From contig DATLQA010000233.1 in the NCBI GenBank assembly GCA_035535495.1, positions 10,734-74,733 on the forward strand: a stretch of DNA of 64,000 bases, given 5' to 3'. Below the pieces are notes generated by a model. The model did not search any database and was not told the DNA's origin. It saw only the letters and a list, made by a program, of their open reading frames with translations. The stretch is from Actinomycetota bacterium (GTDB lineage: Bacteria > Actinomycetota > CALGFH01). The translations under genes and the position numbers were made by a program. Shown here one piece after another: positions 48,301-57,115 of the stretch (the first letter of the stretch is position 1; every line of letters begins with the position of its first letter).

Positions 48301-48425
48301 TGGCCGCGTTCGCCACCCTGTTCCGTCCGACCAGGTCGGCGCCGCCATCCGCCCCGATCACCCTGGACGACACCGTCACCGACCTGCCGGTCGTCGAGCT
48401 GACCAGGCAAGGAGCCGCGCGGTGA
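45333..48425 (+). CDS. GT2 glycosyltransferase domain fused to a large polytopic membrane domain (1030 aa)
   Basis: N-terminal GT2 (VVVVHNG, VDTGSTDGS, DxD-type FRDDLD), then more than 12 TM helices. GTG start with an AGGAGA ribosome-binding site. Confidence 0.8.
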   Translation: MAVSPQRVLAVVVVHNGRPFLRDTFRGLAEQTRPIDDVLIVDTGSTDGSADWARARLGPDAILAVRGQFGRAVSAALRDPRSAEMDWLWLLHDDSAPEAEALERLLGEAEARPGASVLGPKLVGWNDSNRLQEVGWKVDRTGRAVSPIEDDEIDQGQHDLVQDVFYVSTAGMLVRREALLAVGGFDERISAFRDDLDLCWRAHLVGERVLIVPHAKVRHFGAAASRARRTRAVSLPRYLVERHTTLALFKSTSLRRLPLVMTLAFVGALIRALGLTLTGRPGDAAQVLWAWGWNAKELPISLVHRRRAQKSRRLDDARLSAFQAPGGQRVRALLRDLLDLVYGEVGEHVAEVRFKEEEDSPALGASIGRVMARHPVGFAVAAFAALMAVSLRALLVAPGISGGALAPFPASGLDLLNEYRAALHGGGLGSTLAASPSLALLGAASLLTAGKALVTQKLLLWLALPLAAATCTRALRVVVPERAPRAVAGLLYATTPLAIGALAQGRLGELAFLVIAPLALAQVVLAFRGDQPREPWRPALRFTLLAAVAVAMYPPALIPLGLVVFGAVGVAVFRARGPASSTAIRQAIYLGAGFAAVLALLAPWSGLLFTGASPLRAIGRPLVSPTMVDLLQLRPGGPGLPTTLVGPVYPILALAALLLVPAARRVQTFMLVLGFVVAAALAAWQAKGLPPLITDWAGGIMVAGAVTWAGAAALALAGIGAVRLKLDLDPRRLAATALALVVVASSVMVFAHLASGSWGELQAVRGRALPATVTGGQARVLWLAGRPDHGLDYGVTGPNGRTLLDSGRPEPVPAAEALGSVVTDIAQARTHRAGAMLRMFNIGYVVVRTGPDADRLTDLVARQQDLVWRPSSQAGLYEGPEVSPGGWVLPGKPPQRVQDLVVAEAPVALRGTGLGNGTGQVEGPGTVIVPVPAGRTWSAWVGDTPLAPTSALGWEQAFVLPQGVSGVLQVRETGQSRRNTLLLVEGLLVLAAFATLFRPTRSAPPSAPITLDDTVTDLPVVELTRQGAAR

Positions 48426-51124
48426 GCGACCGCCCGCCCGACTGGAGCGAGCACCCTGACTATCAGGACTGGCCCGACTACGAGGGCGAGACCGATTCGG
48501 GCCTTGGCAACGGCCGCGGGCGGGCCGAGGCCCCCGGCCGGCCGCGGCAGCGTCCCGACGCCGCCGAGCCCGGCCAGGGTGGACCCCGGCCCGGCCAGCG
48601 ATCCGAGTGGCGCGGCCCGGTCGGCCCCGGCTGGCCCGCTCCCGGCGGCCAGCCCGCCGCCGAGCGGCGCGACCCCGGCGGCCAGCCTGGCTGGCAGGAT
48701 GCCGGCGACCGGTCCGAGCCGCCCTGGCGTGCCGGCCAGCCGCCCAGCGACGAGCCCGGATGGCGGGATCCCCGGGACCCGTCCGGTCCCGGCCGGGACG
48801 AGGCGCCGGACGAACCCGAGTGGCGTGACGCCGCCACCTGGGGGACGGATCCGCGTGGCGTGCCCCCACCGCCCGGCGGGTGGCAGGACCCGCCCACGCA
48901 GCCCGGCGAGCCGGGGCCTGGCGGCAAGCACGACAGCGGCCGGGTGATCCCAGGGCGCGCCCAGCGCAACAGCGGCCGGATCACCGGGCGGCTGACCCGG
49001 CGGACGCAGCGCGGCGGCCGGCAGGCGCCCCGCCGCGACCTCGCGGATGGGACCCAGGCCCCGCCCCCCCGGCCGGAGGCGGAGGCGCCTGGCCCGCCCG
49101 CACGGCCCGCCTGGTCTCCGGAGCAGCCGGACGCCGGGCGTTCCTGGCCTCCCGAGGGCCATGGCCAGGCCCCGCCGGCGGGCCGGCGGCCGACGCCGCC
49201 GCCTGCCTGGGCAGGTGGCGAGCAGGCCCCACCGCCGGCACCGCCGCGCGGCCCGGCCGGTGGCGGCGCGCCGCCACCCGCGGGCGCCCAGCGGCCGGTG
49301 CCGCCGCAGGCCTGGGCGCGTGGCGAGCCGTCCGACCCGGGCCGGTTCGCCGGACCGGCGGGAGCGCCCCGACCGCGCCACGGCTCCCCGCCGGCTCCCG
49401 GCTCCGGTGACGACCAGCCGAGGCGGTACGGCGAGGCACCGGCCGGGCCGGGCTTCGCCGGCTACGGCGGCCCGCCCGCGGCCGAGCGGCGCGACGACCT
49501 GGCAGGGCGGCCGCGGCGCGCCGGCTACGACGCCGAGGACGGGGTCCAGCCCGAGGGACTGGTGGCCGGCGAGCCCGGGGCGCCTGGCTGGGACGGCCCG
49601 GCGGCGCTCCCCAGGCCCTCGCGCGGACGCCCCCGCCACGGCGCCCACGGCCGCACCCGGGCCAGGAGGCTGCCCGGCCTGCCCAAGCCGAGCCTGCCCA
49701 AGCCGAGCCTGCCCACGGTCAGGCGGGCGAGGATCCCCCAGGCGAGCCTCGCGCTTGCCGGGATCGCCATCCTGGTCGCCGGCGGGCTCGCCGGGCTGAT
49801 GAACGTGCTGCCCAAGGCCTCCGCCCCGGTCGCCGCCGATGCCGGCGCGCCCTACTCGGCCCGCTGGGTGTGCCCGTTGCTGCCCAGCTCGCTCGGCACG
49901 GTGGTGACCGACAACCTCGGCCAGCGCGCCGCCGCGATGCGGGTCGGGGTCAACGCGCTCCGGTCCCAGGGCGTCGCCGGGCCAGGGGGGCAGCCTTTCC
50001 CGGACCTGGCGGCGGGGGCGAGCCGCCAGGTGCGCGCCCAGAGCGGCCCCAACGGTGGCTTCGTGCAGGTGGAGGCGTTCGGCGCGCCGATCGCGGCGAC
50101 CTCCGCCGACCAGCCCACCTGCGTGCCCGGTCCGGCCACCCGCTGGTGGCTGTCTGGTCTCACCGTGACCAACGAGACCAAGGTCACCATGGTGATCGCC
50201 AACCCCGAGACGGCCGACGCCACCGTCAACATCACCCCGCACGTGAGCGAGGGCTCGCTGCACCCCGAGGGCCTGCAGAACGTGTTCGTGAAGGCCGGCA
50301 CCACGGTCCGCAAGGACCTCAGCGTCCCCCAGGTGCAGGGACTCCCGTTCACCGCCGAGGTGGTGGCGAGCCAGGGCCGGGTGGTGGTGGGCACGCGCAT
50401 GGACAGCCGCATCGGCGAGCGCCAGGAGAGCCTGATCGTGCCCGCGCAGCAGACCGAGCGTTCGTCGTGGCTGTTCTCGGGTGGTCTGGCCGGCGACGCG
50501 CGCCAGGTCGAGCTGCTGGTCACCAACCCCAACCCCAAGGCGCTGTCGCTGGTGGTCGAGGGCGTCAACGACCAGGGCCGGTTCAAGGTGCCCGGGTTCG
50601 ACCTTCCGATCTCCGACGGCTCCAGCAACGAGGCGATCGTCCCGGTCCAGTTCGGCAAGACGGGCGCGTTCTCGCTGCGGGTGCGGTCCAAGGACGGCTC
50701 CAGGTTCGTCGCCGCGATGCGCTTCGGCTCGGGCGCCAGCCCGGTCAACGCCAGCTACCTCGACCTCGGCGGCAGCGGGCTGGACGCCCGCTGGATGGCG
50801 CCGGTGGCGCCCACCTCGGGCCGGGTGGTGCTCGCCAACACCGCCGCGACGCCGGTCAGGGCGACGCTGTCCGGGCTGGCGCGCTCGGACGGCGGAGCCA
50901 GCACCCAGGCCGGTCCGGCCGGGAAGGGGTCCGCGGTCACGATCCAGCCCGGGCAGGTCCGGATCGCCACCGTGCCGAAGGGCGTGCGGAGCCTGCTCCT
51001 GGTGGCGGATGGTCCCGGCCTGGTGGTCGCCCCGGTCGGCGAGGGCCAGCTGGTGCCCGGCTCGCAGGTGGGCGGGGTGCCGCTCGCCGGCGCGGTGACG
51101 CCCGGCCCGGCGGCCGCGCCCTGA
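48422..51124 (+). CDS. DUF5719-like protein with a Pro/Gly/Arg-rich disordered N-terminal region of about 430 aa, one TM helix, and a large extracytoplasmic domain
   Basis: GTGA overlap with the upstream GT2-membrane gene. Repeated P(E/G)W(R/Q)D Trp motifs in the N-terminal tail. TM helix LALAGIAILVAGGLAGLM. Confidence 0.65.
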   Translation: MSDRPPDWSEHPDYQDWPDYEGETDSGLGNGRGRAEAPGRPRQRPDAAEPGQGGPRPGQRSEWRGPVGPGWPAPGGQPAAERRDPGGQPGWQDAGDRSEPPWRAGQPPSDEPGWRDPRDPSGPGRDEAPDEPEWRDAATWGTDPRGVPPPPGGWQDPPTQPGEPGPGGKHDSGRVIPGRAQRNSGRITGRLTRRTQRGGRQAPRRDLADGTQAPPPRPEAEAPGPPARPAWSPEQPDAGRSWPPEGHGQAPPAGRRPTPPPAWAGGEQAPPPAPPRGPAGGGAPPPAGAQRPVPPQAWARGEPSDPGRFAGPAGAPRPRHGSPPAPGSGDDQPRRYGEAPAGPGFAGYGGPPAAERRDDLAGRPRRAGYDAEDGVQPEGLVAGEPGAPGWDGPAALPRPSRGRPRHGAHGRTRARRLPGLPKPSLPKPSLPTVRRARIPQASLALAGIAILVAGGLAGLMNVLPKASAPVAADAGAPYSARWVCPLLPSSLGTVVTDNLGQRAAAMRVGVNALRSQGVAGPGGQPFPDLAAGASRQVRAQSGPNGGFVQVEAFGAPIAATSADQPTCVPGPATRWWLSGLTVTNETKVTMVIANPETADATVNITPHVSEGSLHPEGLQNVFVKAGTTVRKDLSVPQVQGLPFTAEVVASQGRVVVGTRMDSRIGERQESLIVPAQQTERSSWLFSGGLAGDARQVELLVTNPNPKALSLVVEGVNDQGRFKVPGFDLPISDGSSNEAIVPVQFGKTGAFSLRVRSKDGSRFVAAMRFGSGASPVNASYLDLGGSGLDARWMAPVAPTSGRVVLANTAATPVRATLSGLARSDGGASTQAGPAGKGSAVTIQPGQVRIATVPKGVRSLLLVADGPGLVVAPVGEGQLVPGSQVGGVPLAGAVTPGPAAAP

Positions 51125-51182
51125 CGCCCGAGCCGGCCGCGCCGCGCCGGTCCACCGGCCTGGCCTCCCCGGCCCGGGGCGG

Positions 51183-51515
51183 TTACCAGCCGAGCTCGTC
51201 CAGGCGGTCGTCGTCGATGCCGAAGTAATGGGCCACCTCGTGGATGACCACCTCGCGCACCAGCTCGGCCAGGTCGGCGTCGGAGTGCGAGCGGGCCTCG
51301 ATGGGCCGGCGGAAGATCACGATCCGGTCGGGCAGCACGGCCGAGTAACCCGCGCTCCGCTCGGGCAGCGGCACGCCCTGGTAGAGGCCGAGCAGCAGGC
51401 CGCCGCCTGGCACCTCGTCACCCCGGAAGGTCTCCTCGACCACGAACTCCACGTTCTCGAGCTGGTCGCGGAACTCGGCCGGGATCGAGCCGACCGCCGC
51501 CTCGACCAGCCGCAT
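51183..51515 (-). CDS. Metallopeptidase-family protein (DUF1025-like, HExxH zinc motif)
   Basis: VVIHEVAHYFG motif. 110 aa from the internal ATG (revcomp at 51513-51515). Confidence 0.65.
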   Translation of the reverse strand: MRLVEAAVGSIPAEFRDQLENVEFVVEETFRGDEVPGGGLLLGLYQGVPLPERSAGYSAVLPDRIVIFRRPIEARSHSDADLAELVREVVIHEVAHYFGIDDDRLDELGW

Positions 51516-51956
51516 GAACGCCTCGCTGCCCGACCCGGGTGGCTGCACCGCGGGGATCGGCAGCCGGGGCCGGGGCGCACGGCGGCCATGACGCTGACGG
51601 GCCAGGACGGGCTCCTCTCCGTGGGGCGGCACCGACCCCGACGCCGGATCGCTCCCGGGCGCCCAGGGGTGGCGGCGCAACCATAGCTCTCCGGCGCGGC
51701 CGCGGCAGAACCCGCGTTGACCGCCACCGATGGCCGCCCGTAGCGTCGGCCGTGACGCCTGCGGGGACCCGTAGGGGCGACCCGATCGTCGCCGCGGGCG
51801 TCGTTCTAGTCATCCTGAGTGGTTCGGCCCGCCCGATCGGGCCATACGGCACCCGCGCGCTCATGCCGAGTAGTGGAGCGACCACGCGCGGTGATCATGA
51901 CCGCGCTGGGCCGGCAACTTCCCTACCCCAGCGGGGCTCACCGCCGAGGTGCCACC

Positions 51957-52133
51957 ATGACGTGCCCGACCTGCAGCTCCCACCGCCTCACCGCGATCGC
52001 CATCAAGCTGGCGCCCGAGGAGGACCACCTCTTCGCCTCCTGCCACGCGTGCGAGTGGAAGGGCTGGTTCAAGCACGGCAGCGCCGTGCCCCTCGAGCAC
52101 ATCCTCTCGCTCACCTCGGAGCGGAGGTTCTAG
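51957..52133 (+). CDS. DUF3499 family small Cys-rich protein
   Basis: CPTC...CHAC zinc-ribbon-like. 58 aa. Confidence 0.65.
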   Translation: MTCPTCSSHRLTAIAIKLAPEEDHLFASCHACEWKGWFKHGSAVPLEHILSLTSERRF

Positions 52134-52300
52134 CTGAGGCCCTAGCCGCCCGTCACCGTGGGCGTCGCGCCGCCCCAGCACAACGAGCCACACCGCCGCC
52201 GAGCCCTGTCGGTCGCCCTGCCTGCGGGGCAGTCGTCTAGAATGCGCCCTCGCAGTGCCTCCGCCGCCACGGAGGCCGGCCGCCGTCGCAAGGAGTCACC

Positions 52301-53659
52301 GTGCCCGCCGATCTCGACAAGGTGTTCAAGGCGTACGACATCCGCGGGGTCTACCCCGATGAGATCGACGAGGACCTCGCGTACGCGGTCGGCCGCGCCT
52401 TCGTCGGGCTGACCGGCGCGCGCACGGTCGCCATCGGCCACGACATGCGGCCGTCGTCCCCGCCCATGACCGACGCCCTCACCGCCGGCGCGACCAGCCA
52501 GGGCGCGGACGTCATCCGGGTCGGGCTCTGCTCGACCGACATGCTGTACTTCGTCTCCGGCGCCCTCGGCGTCGCCGGGATCATGCTCACCGCCTCGCAC
52601 AACCCGGCCCGCTACAACGGCCTCAAGCTCTGCCGGCCCGGCGCGGTCCCGGTCGGGGTCGAATCCGGCCTGGCCGACCTGCAGCGCATGGTCGCCGCCG
52701 GCGAGCCGGCGGCCCGGCCCGACCGCCCCGGCACCGTGAGCGACCGCGAGGACCTGCTGGAGCGCTACGCCGAGCACGTCCGCGGCTTCGTCGACCCCGG
52801 GGCCTTGCGGCCGCTCCGGGTGGTGGTCGACGCCGGCAACGGCATGGCCGGCCACGTCCTGCCCGTGGTGTTCAAGGGCCTGCCGTTCCAGCTCGACCCG
52901 ATGTACTTCGAGCTCGACGGCAACTTCCCCAACCATCCGGCCGATCCGATCAACCCCGAGAACCTGGCCGACCTGCGCAAGCAGGTGCTCGCCACCGGCG
53001 CCGACGTCGGCCTGGCCTTCGACGGCGACGCCGACCGGGTGTTCCTGGTCGACGAGCGCGGCGGGATCGTGCCCTCCAGCCTGGTGGTGGCGCTGGTCGC
53101 CCAGACCATGTGCGAGCGCGAGCCGGGCGCGACCGTGCTCTACAACCTGATCTGCTCGCGCATCGTGCCCGAGACCATCAAGGCGGCCGGCGGGACGCCG
53201 GTGCGGACCCGGGTGGGCCACTCGTTCATCAAGCAGGTGATGGCCGATACCGGCGCCATCTTCGGCGGGGAGCACTCCGGGCACTACTACTTCCGGGACA
53301 ACTACCGGGCCGACTCCGGCCTGGTGGCCGCCGTGGTGGTGCTGGAGGTCCTCTCGGGCGCCGGCCGGCCCCTGTCGGAGGTGCTCGCCCCCTACCGCAA
53401 GTACGCCGCCTCGGGCGAGATCAACCGCCGCGTCGACGGCGACCCCGCCGCGGTGATCGACCGCATCGCCGCGGCCTGGCCGGCCGCGGCGGCCGACCGC
53501 ACCGACGGCCTCACCATCCAGGGTCCGACCTGGTGGTTCAACCTGCGCCCGAGCAACACCGAACCGCTGCTGCGTCTCAACGTCGAGGCGGCCGACCAGG
53601 AGGAGATGGCCCGCGTGCGGGACGAGGTCCTCGACGCCGTCGGCGGCGAGCCGGCGTAG
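52301..53659 (+). CDS. Phosphomannomutase / phosphoglucomutase
   Basis: Active-site loop LTASHNPARYNG. Metal site FDGDADR. GTG start with an AAGGAG ribosome-binding site. Confidence 0.85.
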   Translation: MPADLDKVFKAYDIRGVYPDEIDEDLAYAVGRAFVGLTGARTVAIGHDMRPSSPPMTDALTAGATSQGADVIRVGLCSTDMLYFVSGALGVAGIMLTASHNPARYNGLKLCRPGAVPVGVESGLADLQRMVAAGEPAARPDRPGTVSDREDLLERYAEHVRGFVDPGALRPLRVVVDAGNGMAGHVLPVVFKGLPFQLDPMYFELDGNFPNHPADPINPENLADLRKQVLATGADVGLAFDGDADRVFLVDERGGIVPSSLVVALVAQTMCEREPGATVLYNLICSRIVPETIKAAGGTPVRTRVGHSFIKQVMADTGAIFGGEHSGHYYFRDNYRADSGLVAAVVVLEVLSGAGRPLSEVLAPYRKYAASGEINRRVDGDPAAVIDRIAAAWPAAAADRTDGLTIQGPTWWFNLRPSNTEPLLRLNVEAADQEEMARVRDEVLDAVGGEPA

Positions 53660-53715
53660 CCCGACCGTCCCCAACCCGGCCGCGCGGCCGGGCCGTAGGA
53701 GGGAAGGAGCGCACC

Positions 53716-53895
53716 ATGCCGCTGGACTCCGAGTTGCTCGGCATCCTGATCTGCCCGAACTGCCACGGCGAGATCGACTACAAGGAGGCCGAGGCGGTCA
53801 TCGAGTGCCGCCAGTGCCACTACCGCTACCCGGTCCGCGACGACATCCCCGTGATGCTGGTCGACGAGGCCGAGAAGCCGGAATCCGCCAAGTGA
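53716..53895 (+). CDS. Trm112-family small protein
   Basis: LLGILICPNCHG...ECRQCHYRYPVRDDIPVML is the Trm112 zinc-ribbon-like fold. Confidence 0.7.
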   Translation: MPLDSELLGILICPNCHGEIDYKEAEAVIECRQCHYRYPVRDDIPVMLVDEAEKPESAK

Positions 53896-54953
53896 CCCTC
53901 GACGACGCGGCCGCGCTGGCCGCGGCCGACCCTGGGGGGATGCTGGCCGCGGTGGCCGGCGCCGGCGACCAGGCCCGCGCCGCCGCCGAGGCAGCCAAGC
54001 GCGCCGGCCTGGCCGGGCCGCGACCCGACAACGTGGTGGTGGCCGGCATGGGCGGCTCCGGGGTGGCCGGCGACGTGCTCGCCGCGCTCGCCTTCGGCGA
54101 ATCACCCGTCCCGGTGGTGACGGCCAAGGGCGACCGCCTGCCCGCCTTCGTCGGCCCAGGCACCCTGCTGATCGCGGTCTCCTACTCGGGCAACACCGAC
54201 GAGACCCTGGCCGCCGTCGAGCAGGGGCTGGCGGCCGGCGCCCGGCTGGTCGCGGTCGCCTCCGGCGGGCGCCTGGCGGAACTGGCCCAGGGCCACGGCG
54301 GCGCGCTGGTGCTGGTCCAGGGCGGGCGGATGCCCCGCGCCGCGCTCTGGTCGCTGGTCGTGCCCGTGCTGCTCGCCGCGGAGGCCCGCGGGGTGCTCGC
54401 GCCGGTCGCGGCGGACCTCGGCGCGGCGGCGGCGGCGCTGGACACCGAGGCAGCCGCCCTCGGCCCGGCCGTCCCCAGCGCCGACAACCCGGCCAAGCAG
54501 GCCGCGCTCCGCCTGCGCGACCGGCTCCCGCTGGCCTGGGGCACCGGGCAGCTCGGCGCCGTCGCGGCCACCCGGTTCCGCACCCAGTGCAACGAGAACG
54601 CCAAGGTGACCGCGGTCTCCGCGGCCGTGCCCGAGGCCAACCACAACGAGGTCATGGGGCTGGAAGGCGGGCTCGGCCGCGGCCGCGAGCTGGTCCTGCT
54701 GCGCGACCAGGCCGGCGAGCACGAGCGCGACGGGCGCCGGCTCGCCGTGGTCTTCCAGGCGCTCGGGGTCACCGACCCGGTGGCCCGGCTGTCGGGGGAG
54801 GGCCCGCCCCCGGTGCGGCTGGCCCGGCTCACCGCCTTCGCCGACTTCACCACCACCTACCTGGGCGTGGCCCGCGGTGTGGACCCCACGCCGATCCGCA
54901 CGCTCGACGAGATCAAGGTGGCGATGGCGGCCGGGGCGGGCGCCTCGCCATGA
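53892..54953 (+). CDS. SIS-domain bifunctional phosphoglucose/phosphomannose isomerase family protein
   Basis: SIS motifs (VVVAGMGGSGVAGD, LLIAVSYSGNTDET). GTGA overlap with the Trm112-like gene. Confidence 0.7.
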   Translation: MTLDDAAALAAADPGGMLAAVAGAGDQARAAAEAAKRAGLAGPRPDNVVVAGMGGSGVAGDVLAALAFGESPVPVVTAKGDRLPAFVGPGTLLIAVSYSGNTDETLAAVEQGLAAGARLVAVASGGRLAELAQGHGGALVLVQGGRMPRAALWSLVVPVLLAAEARGVLAPVAADLGAAAAALDTEAAALGPAVPSADNPAKQAALRLRDRLPLAWGTGQLGAVAATRFRTQCNENAKVTAVSAAVPEANHNEVMGLEGGLGRGRELVLLRDQAGEHERDGRRLAVVFQALGVTDPVARLSGEGPPPVRLARLTAFADFTTTYLGVARGVDPTPIRTLDEIKVAMAAGAGASP

Positions 54954-55759
54954 CCGGCGCCGCGCCGGAGGCGGTCGCCGAAGCCGCGGCGGCGCTCAGC
55001 CCGCGCCTGCCGGAGCGCCCCGCGGTCGCCCTGGTGCTCGGCTCCGGTCTCGGCGGGCTGGCCGACGAGGTCGACGGCGCGGTGGCCATGCCCGCCGCCG
55101 AGGTGCCCGGCATGCCGGTGCCGAAGGTTCCCGGCCATGCCGGTGCCCTGGTCGCCGGGCGGCTGGCCGGCGTGCCCGTGCTGGTCCTGGCCGGCAGGGT
55201 CCACACCTACGAGGGCTACACCGCCGCCGAGGTCGCCTTCCCGACCCGGCTGGCGGCGGCACTGGGCTGCCGCGCGCTGATCGCCACCAACGCCGCCGGC
55301 GGCCTCAACCTCGACTACCAGCCGGGTGAGCTGATGGTGCTCCGCGACCACATCAACTTCCTGTTCGACAACCCGCTCAAGGGCGGGCCTTCGTTCGTGG
55401 ACCTGGCCGGCGCGTACGACCCCGACCTCAGGGAGGTGGCCGCCCGGCACGCCGCCGCGGCCGGGGCGCCCGTCCACGAGGGCGTCTACCTGGCCGCCGC
55501 CGGGCCGTCCTACGAGACCCCCGCCGAGATCGCCATGTTCCGTGCCTGGGGCGCCGACGCGGTCGGCATGTCCACCGTGCCGGAGGTGATCGCCGCCCGC
55601 GCCCACGGCATGCGCGTGGCCGCCGTCTCGGCGATCACCAACGTGCACCGCCCTGGCGGGACCCCGACCAGCCACGCCGAGGTCCTCGAGGTCGGCGCGC
55701 GGCTCCGCCCCCGCTTCCGCGAGCTGGTCCTGGCCCTGCTCCCGGCCGCCGCCGGCTGA
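54950..55759 (+). CDS. Purine nucleoside phosphorylase (PNP/MTAP family I)
   Basis: LVLGSGLG, VHTYEGY and GMSTVPEV motifs. ATGA overlap with the SIS gene. Confidence 0.85.
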   Translation: MTGAAPEAVAEAAAALSPRLPERPAVALVLGSGLGGLADEVDGAVAMPAAEVPGMPVPKVPGHAGALVAGRLAGVPVLVLAGRVHTYEGYTAAEVAFPTRLAAALGCRALIATNAAGGLNLDYQPGELMVLRDHINFLFDNPLKGGPSFVDLAGAYDPDLREVAARHAAAAGAPVHEGVYLAAAGPSYETPAEIAMFRAWGADAVGMSTVPEVIAARAHGMRVAAVSAITNVHRPGGTPTSHAEVLEVGARLRPRFRELVLALLPAAAG

Positions 55760-55790
55760 GCCGGCAGCCCTCCCTCTCGTCGGCGGCGCA

Positions 55791-56954
55791 CTACTGGTGC
55801 GGCATGAGCCGCCCGCCGTGGCCCGGCCTGCCAGCCGCCCCCGCGCCGGCGAGGTAGGCGTGGTCGGCCTCTGGCGGGACCGGCACGGCGCCGGGCGGGT
55901 GGGGGAGGCGGACCGCGAACACCGAGCCGTCCGGGTCGGTCCGTTCCAGCACCACCTCGGCGCCGATGCTGGCGGCCAGGCGCCGGCACAGGTACAGGCC
56001 GAGGCCGATGCCCCCCGCCTGCCTGGTGCGCGACTGGTCGACCTGGTAGAAGCGCTCGAAGATGCGCTCCCGCGCCTCGAGCGGGATGCCGGGCCCCTGG
56101 TCGGCCACGAGCACGTCGGTCGAGGTCCGGCCCGGCCGGACCCGCACGGTGACGGTGGTGCCCGCCGGGGCGTACTTGCGGGCGTTGCCGACCAGGTTGG
56201 CCAGGATCTGGTGGAGCCGGTCGGCGTCGCTGCGCACCGGTCCCAGCCCGGCGGGCACGTCGGTCTCCATCAGGTGCTGGGTGCCGTCGGCGGCGAGGTC
56301 CTCGAGCACCTGGTCGACCAGGACGTCCAGGCGGACGTCGCTGAGCAGGGGGCGGTCCTCGCCGGACTCGAGCCGCGAGACGACCAGCAGGTCCTCGATC
56401 AGCCGGCGCAGGCGCCGGCTCTGGCGGTCGGCCACCTCGAGCAGCGAGCGGGCCGTGGTCGGGTCGAGTTGGGTGCCGGCCCGCAGCAGCGTCGCCAGGC
56501 TCCCCTGGATCGAGGTGAGCGGGCTGCGCAGCTCGTGGGAGACGGCCGCCACGAAGTCGTCCTTCAGCCGGTTGGACTCGCGCAGCCCCTCCAGCGAGGC
56601 CCGCAGCCGGCTGTTGGTCTGGTTGAGCCGGTCGAACTGCTCGTGGTCGCCGGGCTCGCGTCCCAGCAGCCGGGCGGCGGCCGTCACCGCCACCAGCGGC
56701 ACCAGCAGCAGCAGCGCGGTCGCCGGGGACCACCAGGTGCGCGTGGCGGCGAGCAGGCCGAGGCCGCCGCCTGCCACGACCGCGGCCGCCGACCAGGCCA
56801 CCAGCGCTCCGGCCGTGTGCCCGGGCAGCGACCGCCCGAGCACGGCCAGGACCTGCCCGGCCATGCCGCCGCCGGGCGGCCACGCCTGCCCGCTGCCCGC
56901 CGGTCCCGCTTGCCGCATCCCGCCTCGCTCCTCGGACCCGGAGCCGCCGTCCAC
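55791..56954 (-). CDS. Sensor histidine kinase (two N-terminal TM helices, HisKA, HATPase_c)
   Basis: H-box VAAVSHELRSPLTSI. N-box LANLVGNARKYA. G-boxes DQGPGIP and GGIGLGL. Probable start at an internal ATG (56918 or 56864). Confidence 0.8.
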   Translation of the reverse strand: MDGGSGSEERGGMRQAGPAGSGQAWPPGGGMAGQVLAVLGRSLPGHTAGALVAWSAAAVVAGGGLGLLAATRTWWSPATALLLLVPLVAVTAAARLLGREPGDHEQFDRLNQTNSRLRASLEGLRESNRLKDDFVAAVSHELRSPLTSIQGSLATLLRAGTQLDPTTARSLLEVADRQSRRLRRLIEDLLVVSRLESGEDRPLLSDVRLDVLVDQVLEDLAADGTQHLMETDVPAGLGPVRSDADRLHQILANLVGNARKYAPAGTTVTVRVRPGRTSTDVLVADQGPGIPLEARERIFERFYQVDQSRTRQAGGIGLGLYLCRRLAASIGAEVVLERTDPDGSVFAVRLPHPPGAVPVPPEADHAYLAGAGAAGRPGHGGRLMPHQ

Positions 56955-57115
56955 GGCGGCTCGCTCACGTCCTGATCGGCAGGCTTGGCGCCCGCGTGAT
57001 GGGAACCGCCCTGTTCAGTTGAGCGCCACGCGTGCGTCAGGCAGACTGAGCGGTCAACCCGCAAGCCGAGCCGAACCGGCGTGCCCTCCCGTACGCCGCC
57101 GCCCAAGGAGGATCC

